This document shows, one piece after another, positions 29,742-39,044 of a stretch of DNA of 64,000 nucleotides (position 1 is its first letter; each line of letters opens with the position of its first letter). The stretch covers positions 77,736 to 141,735 of the forward strand of contig CAVTUQ010000038.1 of assembly GCA_963737905.1 (NCBI GenBank). Direction: 5' to 3'. Below the pieces are notes generated by a model that was not told the origin of the DNA, did not search any database, and was given only the letters and a program-made list of their open reading frames with translations. Both the position numbers and the translations under genes were made by a program. Source of the DNA: an uncultured delta proteobacterium (GTDB lineage: Bacteria; Desulfobacterota; Binatia; UBA9968).

Positions 29742-29823
29742 CCCGCCTTCACATCGTTGAAGGCAGGGTGGTCTGCCTTCTGGATAAGCGCCCCAGTAGG
29801 CATTGACCTTCTGGGGCGCTTTT
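29742..29823 (+). promoter_or_regulatory. Putative transcription attenuator (alternative hairpins plus intrinsic terminator)
   Basis: 1:2 GCCTTCA/TGAAGGC; 2:3 GAAGGCAG/CTGCCTTC; 3:4 TGCCTTCTGG/CCAGTAGGCA; terminator AAGCGCCCCAG/CTGGGGCGCTT with a TTTTAGCTTT tail. Confidence 0.65.
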
Positions 29824-29827
29824 AGCT

Positions 29828-29902
29828 TTGGGGATCGTCTAATTGGTAGGACATCAGACTTTGGATCTGAGAATCCAGGTTCGACTCCTGGTCCCCGAGC
29901 CA
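29828..29902 (+). tRNA. tRNA-Gln(UUG)
   Basis: Cloverleaf: TTGGGGA/TCCCCGA acceptor, TCAGA-CT TTG GA-TCTGA anticodon arm, CCAGG TTCGACT CCTGG T arm, G73 and CCA. Confidence 0.95.
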
Positions 29903-29917
29903 TTTCTTGTTCCGTGT

Positions 29918-29955
29918 TTGGGGGTCGTCTAATCGGTAGGACATCAGACTTTGAA
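29918..29955 (+). pseudogene. tRNA-Gln(UUG) second copy, 5' half (interrupted at the anticodon loop)
   Basis: TTGGGGGTCGTCTAATCGGTAGGACATCAGACTTTGAA, near-identical to copy 1, then diverges. Confidence 0.85.
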
Positions 29956-31415
29956 TCTTGAGACCCCAAATTCTCAAGAAATTATTTGCACGCGATCAGC
30001 GAAGAATTTTGTAGTAAAATCAAACGTAAAAATAATTACTTATAAAAAGTAAACTACTTTTAAAAACTAAATTGGAATGTTCTTTGCTTGGATCTAAAAT
30101 CCACTGGTGTCACCCGGTAACAACCCGGTAACAATAGAGCAGCTGCCAACAAGCTAGATGATTATGGCGGTCGGGTAGTGTCTGAGTTTGACCTAAAATG
30201 CTGGTCAGTCTTTGCTCGCAGAATCACGGGAATACGATAAGTTTTTTTGATCGTAATATGCTGACAGGATAATCACTAGTTTAGAGAGCATCAATGAATC
30301 TGCCCAAGGAAGCATGGCCACTTGTCGGAGCGTGTCTGCGGCCCGCTCAACAGAACGTTAACCATATCTCTATCTGTTATTGATCGTCTTTAGACCAAAG
30401 GAACGCCCACTGATGCAACCGCGCAAACTCGCGCCAGCGTCCACAAGTAAGTCGATTTTCCCTTCCCGACGAGCATATTAATACGAAAAACAAGGTTCTT
30501 TTTAGCTTGGCGAAAAAGAAATCGGTTTCGTTTAATACGCTCCAGGCTCCCAAGTAGACCAAGGCGAGTGATGAAGGCTTAAGACTCGCATTGCTTATGA
30601 CAGTCGTGTCGGTGAGGACAGTCGAAGCGCGATTCACTATTCCCGATATGGAGAGACCCCGGCTATTTATCGGATGTGGATCAGGCAAAGAAAAAGAAAA
30701 TGACTATGAATATCGAAGCATCTACTGGTTTGCTTGGATGGTATCTGGTGGCTTTTGGAGTAACGTTAGATCTTCACTGAAGCTATTGATAGAACTAACT
30801 CATAACTTTGTGCAATCCCGAAAATCGACGCACTATCGAAAACGTTACTCTTCAAGTTATGGAAATTTGGGAAGAAAAATGACTCCAAATTGGACGAAGA
30901 AAAAATCAAGAACTGAATCTTCGGATGGTCGAGTTTGGACAGATTAAGTTATGCGCTGTGGTCCTCACAGTTTACAAATGTAATAAGTTACACCATTTAG
31001 TGCGCGTGCCTAGGGTTCTTACCATTGTTGATTTTCTTTTTTCCTGTAAATGTTCAGAGCGTAACTCCAGTTCTAGCGTAGGAAAGATCTATTATCCTGT
31101 GGGTGTGGGAGCCTCCATTTATTACTCTTGCTATAGCCAAACGTGTGTCGTGTGTGTTGAGCATACTTGCTTAGCATATTGATTTGAGAGGTAGGTTATT
31201 CAGAGTTGCGAAAGCCAACGAACGCGGGTTTTCGAAAAGTAGATTTCGAACGGCTAGATTACTGAAACCGGGAAAGGGCTAAGTTCGTTAGATTCGGGAA
31301 GCCGTTGAGCAAACCATAATTAATAAGAAACCAGCCTGGCCGAAGGTTTGAAAGTCGTGATTTCTTTTTTTCGTTGCGGCGCGCCGTGGACGACGACCCT
31401 ACATAAGATAAACAA
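29956..31415. mobile_element. AT-rich 1.46-kb integrated element remnant splitting tRNA-Gln; no integrase visible
   Basis: Lies exactly between the two tRNA halves; abrupt GC drop; tandem ACCCGGTAACA repeats at 30112-30133; no convincing long ORF. Confidence 0.7.
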
Positions 31416-31451
31416 TCTGAAAATCTAGGTTCGAGACCTAGCCCCAAGCCA
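31416..31451 (+). pseudogene. tRNA-Gln second copy, displaced 3' half
   Basis: TCTGA AAAT CTAGG TTCGAGA CCTAG CCCCAA G CCA; complements the 5' half (one C short in the homopolymer). Confidence 0.85.
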
Positions 31452-31673
31452 TTTATACCGATCTGCAGTCCTGACGCTTAGATTTCACGTCAAGTGATCA
31501 ACGCCCGTGCCTAGCCGGTAGGCGCGGCTGACGAACTCTCTTGTTTCCCAGATCCGTATTCCCATTCGGGCCGGGCACAGGATTCCTGTAATTTGTTTTT
31601 GGACTTTTCGCGTCCTCATGTTGACGGGTGAGACGGGCTGGTAGTAGAAGAACGGTAGAGTGGAGAAGCAGTT

Positions 31674-32722
31674 ATGAGACGATCGTTTCCAGTTATCGAT
31701 GCTGACGGTCATGTGATCGAGCGGGATCGTGAGTTGAGAGAATTTCTGCCGGCGCCGTATCGCGGCGTGGAAGGGAAGCGCGAGTATCCGCTCTTTTCTT
31801 GGGACGGCTGGGCGCGGGGCGCGCTGTCGCCGCATAAGCGAGAACATCCTGATGCGAAGCTCTGGACACGATTCCTCGATGCGACGGAAATCGCCGCAAC
31901 CGTGCTCTATCCCAACGACGGCCTCAATATCGGTTTGCTCCGTGATGCCGATTGGGCAGTAGCATTAGCGCATGCCTACAACGACTGGCTGCACCATGAT
32001 TTCTTAAGCGTGAGTCCTCGTTTTCGGGGCGTCGCGCTACTCGCGCCGCAAGATCCTACCGAAGCGGCCAAGGAATTGGAACGCGCGGTAGGCGACCTGG
32101 GTATGGCCGGCGGCATGTTGCCGGCAGTATTGAGTCCGATGCGCGGCTACGGGTTGCCCCAGTTCGATCCGATCTACGCGGCGGCGGAAAAACTCGACGT
32201 GCCCATCGCCGTACACGGCGGCGCCGCCGTGGAACTGGGCCTGGACCACATGCCGTCCTTTGCCGGTGTCTACCCGCTTAGCCACCCGTTTTCACAAATG
32301 CAGCAGCTCACCAGCATGATGATTCACGGCGTATTCGAGCGCTTCCCGAAATTGCGCGTCGCGTTTTTAGAAGCGGGCTGCGGCTGGGTTCCTTACCTGG
32401 CGGATCGGTTGGACGAAAGTTGGGAACACCGGATCAACCGCTGGCCGCATCCGACCAAGCGATGCCCCAGTGAGATCATGCGCGGGGGCAATCTTTACTA
32501 CGCCTGTGAACAGGGAGGAAAAAACCCTTGCGACGGTGGCCGAGTTGATCGGCGGCGCGCAGCTTGCTCTGGGCGTCTGATTTTCCCCACGAGCGGCCTT
32601 GGGAAGAGTTCAGCGATGATATCGACACGTTAGTTCGCCGCCGCGATCTTCCTGAGAATCTCCCGCGGCAGATCTTGTTCGAGAACCCGTGCCGGTTCTA
32701 TAAATTGAAACCGGAAGTCTAG
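31674..32722 (+). CDS. Amidohydrolase_2 family protein, two frameshifts (~32514, ~32563)
   Basis: DADGH, AYNDWL, IAVH and FERFPKLRVAFLEAG.GW; WASDFPH and ILFENP.RFY appear only after frame shifts. Confidence 0.82.
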
Positions 32723-32853
32723 CAGGCTGCTGAAAAAGACTCATATGCTTCGTTGCGCTCAATCGCCTCGCTCCGTTAAACGTACTGATTAAGTACGCCT
32801 CCGCTCGTCGATTCTTCGCGCGCCTCGCCTCTGAGTCTTTTTGAGTAGCCTGC
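32722..32853. mobile_element. MITE-like / REP-like element (~132 bp) with terminal inverted repeats
   Basis: GCAGGCTGCTGAAAAAGACTCA ... TGAGTCTTTTTGAGTAGCCTGC (22 bp, 2 mismatches); non-coding interior. Confidence 0.65.
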
Positions 32854-32893
32854 AACAGAATTTTTCAGCAAGTTGCGATGCAGCCGTCGAGAA

Positions 32894-32961
32894 GTTCGAG
32901 ATTCGAGGTTTAAAGAGGTGGGCGAATCAGGACCTTGAACGTTGAACTTTGAACGTTGAAC
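32894..32961. repeat. Intergenic heptamer repeats in inverted arrangement
   Basis: GTTCGAG ATTCGAG ... CTTGAAC GTTGAAC TTTGAAC GTTGAAC. Confidence 0.6.
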
Positions 32962-32988
32962 AGTTCTTGAATATCAGCGGAGGTAAGG

Positions 32989-33900
32989 ATGCGGGTTTTG
33001 ATTACTGGAGCGGGTTTGATCGGCACTCATACCGCACGGGAATTGGTCGAGCGAGGCGATGAGGTCACGTTCTTCGACGTCGCACCCAGGCCGGATTATA
33101 TCCGGCATGTAACCGGAAAGGACTTGCCCGTGATTCGCGGGGACATCCGCGATGTGCCGGTGCTCGTGGACGCTTTTCACCAAGCCCGTCCCGAGTGCGT
33201 GATTCATCTAGCGGCTTCAGTGGGCGAAGCCAACATCAACAACGTCTACGCGGGCTTTCAAGTGAATCTGGTGGCGACCATCAACGTTGCTGAAGCGGTA
33301 CAGCTGGCCGGTGTGCGCCGGTTGATCCATGCCAGCACTCAGGCTCTCTACCTGGGCGACGATCCCAAGGAGTTGCTTTACGAGGACTCGCCCCTCGACA
33401 GCCGCGGGCGCGTCTACAACGCCTCGAAGCTAGGCTGCGAGCATGTGCTCAAAACCTATGCCGCGAAGCACAGATTTGAGTTGGCGTTACTGCGGTTTGC
33501 GGGGGTTTATGGTTACCATTCGGTTGCTGGCGGTCCCGGCGTCGCCGTGCAAGCGGCGGTGTGGGATGCGATGGCAGGCAAACCCGTGGAGCTCAACGTC
33601 TACGAGAGTGTCGATTTCATCTACGCCAAGGATCTGGCCAACGGTATCGCTCTCGCTGTGCATACGTCGCCTCTGCCTCACCAGGTATACAATCTTGGCA
33701 GCGGCACGTTGACCACGGTGGAAGACGTTGAAAAAGCGCTCGGAAAAATATTTCCAGGTGTCCAGATGCGCCGTGGGAAACTGACTCCCGCGCGACCGCG
33801 GATGGACATCACGCGGGCGCGCTCGGAGCTGGGATTCAATCCCGAGTACAAGCTCGAAGCGGGATTGCGCGACTATGTTGCCGAGTTGAAGAAGAGCTAG
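32989..33900 (+). CDS. NAD-dependent epimerase/dehydratase (extended SDR)
   Basis: [16 protein letters not shown] and YNASK. Confidence 0.9.
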   Translation: MRVLITGAGLIGTHTARELVERGDEVTFFDVAPRPDYIRHVTGKDLPVIRGDIRDVPVLVDAFHQARPECVIHLAASVGEANINNVYAGFQVNLVATINVAEAVQLAGVRRLIHASTQALYLGDDPKELLYEDSPLDSRGRVYNASKLGCEHVLKTYAAKHRFELALLRFAGVYGYHSVAGGPGVAVQAAVWDAMAGKPVELNVYESVDFIYAKDLANGIALAVHTSPLPHQVYNLGSGTLTTVEDVEKALGKIFPGVQMRRGKLTPARPRMDITRARSELGFNPEYKLEAGLRDYVAELKKS

Positions 33901-33979
33901 GAAATCAGAATAAACCGCAAGGAACGCAAAGTGCACAAAATAACAACCAACGACGAAAAACACGAAGGAGAAAAGATTC

Positions 33980-34954
33980 ATGAAGATCGTAGTCATCGAT
34001 GACTATCAAAACGCGTTTAAAACACTCAAGTGCTATCCCAAGCTGAGCGGCCATGAGGTTGTCGTTTATACGGACACCGAAAAGGACGTAGCGAAGCTCG
34101 CTGAGCGATTGAAAGACGCGGAAGTCGTTGTGCTCACTCAGCAGCGCTCGGCTTTTCCTCGCGCTTTGATCGAGCGGTTGCCCAAGCTCAAGCTCATTGG
34201 CCAAACCGGGCGGGCGGCCGCGCACGTCGACTTGGAAGCTTGCACGGAAAAGGGAATCGTCGTGTCGGCGGGCGGCTCCGGCAATTCGAACGCTACGGCC
34301 GAGCTGACTTGGGGACTCATCCTTTCGGCGCTACGCAATCTGCCGTACGAAGTCAGACGGCTCAAAGAAGGGCAATGGCAGTCAACCCTCGGCATCGGCA
34401 TCAACGGCAAGACGCTGGGAATTTATGCCTACGGAAAAATCGGCAGTATCGTCGCCGGCGTCGGCAAAACGTTTGGCGCGCGAGTCATCTGTTGGGGCCG
34501 CGAAGGCTCCACCGGCCGCGCCAGAGCCGCCGGCTTTGAAGTTGCCAAAAGCCGGGAGGAGTTTTTCGCCGAGGCGGATATCTTGAGCCTCCATTTGCCG
34601 CTCAACAAAGATACCCGGGGCATCGTCACGCGTGACGATCTCGCGCACATGAAACCCACGGCGTTGCTCGTGAATCCTAGCCGGGCGGGGCTGATCGCGA
34701 AAGATGCGCTGGCCGATGCGCTCAGAGCCGGCCGGCCCGGCATGGCCGCAGTAGACGTTTACGAAGAAGAGCCGGTGATCGGCGCGGACCATCCGCTGGT
34801 CAAGATGGATAAGGTCACCTGCACGCCGCATCTGGGTTACGTTACCCGCGAAAGTTATGAAGAATACTATGCCGTCGTGGTCGACGACATTCTCGCTTAC
34901 GCAGGCGGCAAACCCAGCCATGTGCTCAATCCCGAGGCATTAGCAGGCCGCTGA
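33980..34954 (+). CDS. D-2-hydroxyacid dehydrogenase family protein
   Basis: ATAELTWG, GKTLGIYAYGKIG, SLHLPL, NPSRAG, DVYEEEP and TPHLGY. Confidence 0.9.
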   Translation: MKIVVIDDYQNAFKTLKCYPKLSGHEVVVYTDTEKDVAKLAERLKDAEVVVLTQQRSAFPRALIERLPKLKLIGQTGRAAAHVDLEACTEKGIVVSAGGSGNSNATAELTWGLILSALRNLPYEVRRLKEGQWQSTLGIGINGKTLGIYAYGKIGSIVAGVGKTFGARVICWGREGSTGRARAAGFEVAKSREEFFAEADILSLHLPLNKDTRGIVTRDDLAHMKPTALLVNPSRAGLIAKDALADALRAGRPGMAAVDVYEEEPVIGADHPLVKMDKVTCTPHLGYVTRESYEEYYAVVVDDILAYAGGKPSHVLNPEALAGR

Positions 34955-34975
34955 AAAAACATAGGCTTTGTTGCA

Positions 34976-35011
34976 GTTCAAAACGTTCAAGCCGTTCAAA
35001 TCGTTCAAACC
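34976..35011. repeat. Four 9-bp tandem repeats (GTTCAAnnC)
   Basis: GTTCAAAAC GTTCAAGCC GTTCAAATC GTTCAAACC. Confidence 0.7.
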
Positions 35012-35057
35012 GTGCGCCTCTGAGATCTTTTGGAGTACCCTTTGGGGAAGAAATGAT

Positions 35058-36053
35058 TTACTTAAACGCGCCCTCTTGGTCCAGCTCCTTCAAGGCGCGT
35101 AGATCGACGAAGTCCTCGAACTTGCTGGACTTGGCTTTCGGTTCTTTGCTGAGCTCGTCCAGCACCGTCTGAATCCCAGCGGCTGTGGGAAAGGGTCGGC
35201 GTGCGAGCACCTGTATGCTCCGCATCGTGGCGTAGTCGATAGTTTCGACATCTTCGGTTCGGAGAACCGCTCGAACGACCGCTTTCGCCGCCGGCTGATC
35301 GGTCTGCAGCGCGCGGACCGATTCGGCCATACTCTTGATGATAGCTCTCACCATCTTGGGATTTCGCTCGATGTAGCTGCCCATCATATTCAAAGAAAGA
35401 AATGGGTAATCGATCTTGGAATCGGAGAGGTCCGCTACGATGTTAAATCCTTCTCTCTTCGCTCTGGGAACGAAGTCAGCGGCCATGATGGTTCCGTCCA
35501 CGGTCCCGCTCAGGATAGCCGCCATGCGGGCGGCAGAGTTGCCGATTTGGAGGACCGTGACATCCTTGTCCGGATCCAAGCCGCCCTCCTTGAGCGCGAG
35601 GTTGCTTTGGAAGTGGGAACCGGAGCCGAAGCGGCTGACCGCAACTTTCTTGCCCTTCAGTTGCTTGATCGAAGTGATGGCCGGAGCCGTCAGGTAGACA
35701 TGGTTGAAGCGGTTCGCGATCACTGCCGTGATGCGCATGTCGGCGCCGCGGAGTTTTGCCAACATCGCCTCGGAGCCCTGGGAAAAAGAAACGTCGAAGG
35801 TGCCGGCGATAAGCGCCTGGTTGAGCAAGGATCCGCTGTTTACGTACACGACTTCGAGGTCGAGGCCGTTCTTGCGAAATATTCCGGCTCGACGGCCCAT
35901 CTCGAGAACGTAATTGTTGAGTCCCGTGCCGCTATAACCGAGGCGCATCTTGTCCAGCGTCTGGGAGCAGGCGGGGTTAAATGAAGCAGCGGCAACCCAG
36001 AATAAAGATATCGCAAGAGAAACTGCCACACGAGCGTTGACGTTATGCATCAT
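35058..36053 (-). CDS. ABC-type substrate-binding protein, SsuA/THI5-like
   Basis: Signal peptide; GIFRKNGLDLE, LKGKKVAVSRFGSGS and FVDLRALKEL. Confidence 0.85.
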   Translation of the reverse strand: MMHNVNARVAVSLAISLFWVAAASFNPACSQTLDKMRLGYSGTGLNNYVLEMGRRAGIFRKNGLDLEVVYVNSGSLLNQALIAGTFDVSFSQGSEAMLAKLRGADMRITAVIANRFNHVYLTAPAITSIKQLKGKKVAVSRFGSGSHFQSNLALKEGGLDPDKDVTVLQIGNSAARMAAILSGTVDGTIMAADFVPRAKREGFNIVADLSDSKIDYPFLSLNMMGSYIERNPKMVRAIIKSMAESVRALQTDQPAAKAVVRAVLRTEDVETIDYATMRSIQVLARRPFPTAAGIQTVLDELSKEPKAKSSKFEDFVDLRALKELDQEGAFK

Positions 36054-36122
36054 AGCCTCCAGCCGGTGTAGCTCCCAGTGTCACAAGACTGCATCCTAGC
36101 AATCGGAAAGCAAGCTTTCGTC

Positions 36123-36678
36123 TCAAGCCGTTTTTGTCGCACCCCCATGGACTAAGGCAAGCTCGATGTCGATATTCTCTTCTTTTTGAATCGCCGCGAA
36201 GCGTTCCCGCAGCGCATTGATGTTGATTTTCGTCGGAACCGAAATATCTGCCTCCAGGCGAAAGATCGGTGTGCCGCTTACCGGCGCAGCATAGGTTTTG
36301 GTTTCCATGGATTCGATGTTGATGCTGAAGCTACTCAAAATGCCGCTTATCTGATAGACGATGCCGGGATGGTCCATACAGGACGCCGTGAGTGTGTAGG
36401 GAAGAAATGATTCCGCCGGCTTTCGGGACGTGGGTGTCTTGATAGCAATGGCCAAGTTGGTCTCAATTTCAAGCTCGCGGTAGTGGTTGGCGATCTTGTG
36501 AAGACTTTCCGCTGTCGCCGCTGATCAATAGGATCAGGGCGAACTCACTGCAGAAGACGGCCATTTTACTGTCCTCGATATTGCAGCCGTGGCGGGAAAT
36601 AAATTCAGAAATTTTTTCCACGAGGCCAATTTGATCCGGTCCGACCGCGGTGAGGATCAGGTGATTTCTGTCTGCCAT
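36123..36678 (-). CDS. GcvR-like tandem ACT domain protein, frameshifted near 36505
   Basis: LTAVGPDQIGLV...CNIEDSKM (ACT1) and MDHPGIV...INIESM (ACT2) lie in different frames. Confidence 0.8.
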
Positions 36679-36789
36679 AGACGCTCTTCCTCTGAAACGG
36701 ATATTAGCCGGACCTGCGGCTAATGTTAAGAGCTTTTTGGTCAATAACAATAGGGCGGCACGGGTTTCACGCGACGCCGGCCGGCACTG

Positions 36790-38781
36790 TCAATGGGGGT
36801 CGGAAAAGGCTTCGTACAATACTTTTCCGGTGGCGTCTTTAGGAACGGGTACCTTCAAAAGCTCGGCGAGAGTGGGCGCGAAATCGACGATCCGAACACC
36901 GGTCAGCCGCTGCCCCGCCCGGACCCCTGGTCCGGCGACTACCATGAGGGTTCGCATTGAAGGCCTAAGCGGATTGAAGCCGTGCATGCCGTGTGGTTCA
37001 CGTTTGGCGACGAGTTCCGTAGCGCCAAGTTTTGGATCCGGCTCATAGCCCGGCAATAAGTCTATATAAATGTCGCCCCCGCATTCGCCGCCGATGCCCA
37101 TAGCGTCTCCTTCGGCACCCGCGTCGTAAACGGCAGTCACGACTTGCCGCTCGCCGTCGTGAATCTCAAAAAGTAACTCACGAATACGCCGCACCACATT
37201 TTCGCGCTCCTCGGGCGGAACGATGCCCCCTTTGCGGTCCGTAGAGTTGATCAGCAGGTAGCCGTTGTTAATTGCTGGATAGATTGCTTTGGTCCTGGCA
37301 AGATCAACACGCCCGCGTTCGTCCACCGCCAACAGGCCTTTTTCTTGCAAAAGCTTGTTGATGGCAACGAGTCTATGGGTTCCCTCCATGCCGTGATCCG
37401 AGATGAGCGCGACAATCGTGTTTTGGGTTTGATGGGTCATTAGGAGACCGAGCAACTCGTCCGATAAACGGTAAACCTGTTGCAGAAAAGGACGCAACCG
37501 ATCGGCAATATCCTGGCGAAAGCCGGAGAGCCCCGGGTCAAGGGAACCCCGCCACATGTGCTCTGCTTCATCGGGGAACGGCGTGTAAGCAACAAAGAGT
37601 TCCCAGGGAAGATCGAGCGCCCATCGGTTGGTTTCAACGAGTTGATGGTGTGCGAAAGAAACCGTCTCGAGATAACGCGCCTCGGCGGTGCCATCACCTC
37701 CTTTCGGAAGGGTGGCGCCGAATAATCCTTGACTGTACAGCGGATGGGCTCCGTTCCCGATGAAAGCTCTAACGGTGCCGTTGGCGTCGTGCACCAAATC
37801 AGGACGAGACATCATCTCACGCATGGGTCGCGTGAAGAAAAGAAGAAAGTCACCGCCGTCGGGCTTAAGCTCGAATAGCCTCAAATAAACTGTCGCATCA
37901 CGGCCGTCATTTGTTCTGACATTGATCGGTTTGCTCCAAAAAGGCTGGCCGGCCGGCCCCGCAGGCTCGCCCTTTAGCTTCGCCTTGACTTCTTTCGCAT
38001 CTCGAACACCGGCCACGAGCAGCGCATCGTAACCCTTTTGTGGATCTGATGGCTCGTCGACAAATAAGCCATAGAGCGTGGATGCACCGATTGTAAAAGT
38101 AATTTCCAAGGGAGGAGCGTCACTGGAAGGGAGGTTCTCCCATGACTTCGCTGGTTGTGGCTTGGAGGTACGGCCGTTGACTATCCCGTCGCGGCCGGCG
38201 ACGCCACGGTACCCTTGAAAATGGACTCCTCGATCCGACTTGTCGCCACCGAAGGGAACGTGCGTCACCACGACCCGCCGCCCGACGCGTTCGGCTGATG
38301 CCCAGAGGGGCTCCGCTTGCAGAAGGGCGTTGTTAAACGCGCCACTGCTCTCCAGGATCGTAAATTGGCTCCGCGGCAGTCGCGGCACGCGGTTGCCGCT
38401 GATGCCGGTGATGCTGGGTGGAGCCCCGGTCCACAACGATGCAAACGCTGGGGCCGTTAGGGACGGAAAAGAGGAAATCACGTCATCAGCGAAAGCCCCG
38501 CCCTCGATAAGTTTCGCCAGGTTGGGAAGTTGGCCCGAGCGCAACATCTCATGAACCAAAGCCGGTACGGCGCCGTCCCAGGCGAGAACGATGGCTTTGG
38601 GTGGGGTTTGCGCAGGAACGCGGCTTGGAAAAGCGCAGGCGATAAGCAGCAGCAGAGACAACCAAGCGATCACTCGGCTATATCCGAGCTTAACGATGGT
38701 GTCTCTAACCTGGACACCGGGCGATGACGGCCGAGTTGCGTTTTTTTGGCCCGGATCAGCGGGGGGATGGTCGTGCTTCAT
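36790..38781 (-). CDS. Alkaline phosphatase superfamily nucleotide pyrophosphatase/phosphodiesterase
   Basis: LAWDGA, PSLTAP..TG, DEAEH, SDHG and GMHG. Confidence 0.85.
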   Translation of the reverse strand: MKHDHPPADPGQKNATRPSSPGVQVRDTIVKLGYSRVIAWLSLLLLIACAFPSRVPAQTPPKAIVLAWDGAVPALVHEMLRSGQLPNLAKLIEGGAFADDVISSFPSLTAPAFASLWTGAPPSITGISGNRVPRLPRSQFTILESSGAFNNALLQAEPLWASAERVGRRVVVTHVPFGGDKSDRGVHFQGYRGVAGRDGIVNGRTSKPQPAKSWENLPSSDAPPLEITFTIGASTLYGLFVDEPSDPQKGYDALLVAGVRDAKEVKAKLKGEPAGPAGQPFWSKPINVRTNDGRDATVYLRLFELKPDGGDFLLFFTRPMREMMSRPDLVHDANGTVRAFIGNGAHPLYSQGLFGATLPKGGDGTAEARYLETVSFAHHQLVETNRWALDLPWELFVAYTPFPDEAEHMWRGSLDPGLSGFRQDIADRLRPFLQQVYRLSDELLGLLMTHQTQNTIVALISDHGMEGTHRLVAINKLLQEKGLLAVDERGRVDLARTKAIYPAINNGYLLINSTDRKGGIVPPEERENVVRRIRELLFEIHDGERQVVTAVYDAGAEGDAMGIGGECGGDIYIDLLPGYEPDPKLGATELVAKREPHGMHGFNPLRPSMRTLMVVAGPGVRAGQRLTGVRIVDFAPTLAELLKVPVPKDATGKVLYEAFSDPH

Positions 38782-39044
38782 TAAAGAAGATTTGATCGAT
38801 GGTTTTTCCTGCGTGGCAATGGCTTCAGCGTAGCGTTTTCAGGATATTTTCCTGAACACATTCCCACGGCACAATGAATGAGCTTGAGAGTAGCCGATGA
38901 TGAACGATAGTGTCAACGAAGGGGCTTTATTCGTTCCTTGGCGTTCTCCGGAGCACGGCTTGGGCCCTGGAGAACAATTCCGAAATTATTTAAGATCTTT
39001 ATCTCGTGGCTCCAAATTGCCATGCCCGATATGGAGGCTGCCGA

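Noticed and set aside
29697-29969. 90-aa minus-strand ORF
   Set aside because: Antisense translation of the tRNA genes and their leader.
29956-31415. Group I or group II intron in tRNA-Gln
   Set aside because: No terminal G at any plausible 3' splice position, no GUGYG start or recognisable domain V, and the junctions look like DNA recombination cores.
30377-31447. ORFs within the AT-rich insert
   Set aside because: No recognisable motifs, weak starts and overlapping frames; not supportable as genes.
21504-35011. CRISPR array
   Set aside because: Repeat units are 7-9 bp with no unique spacers, and there are no cas genes in the window.
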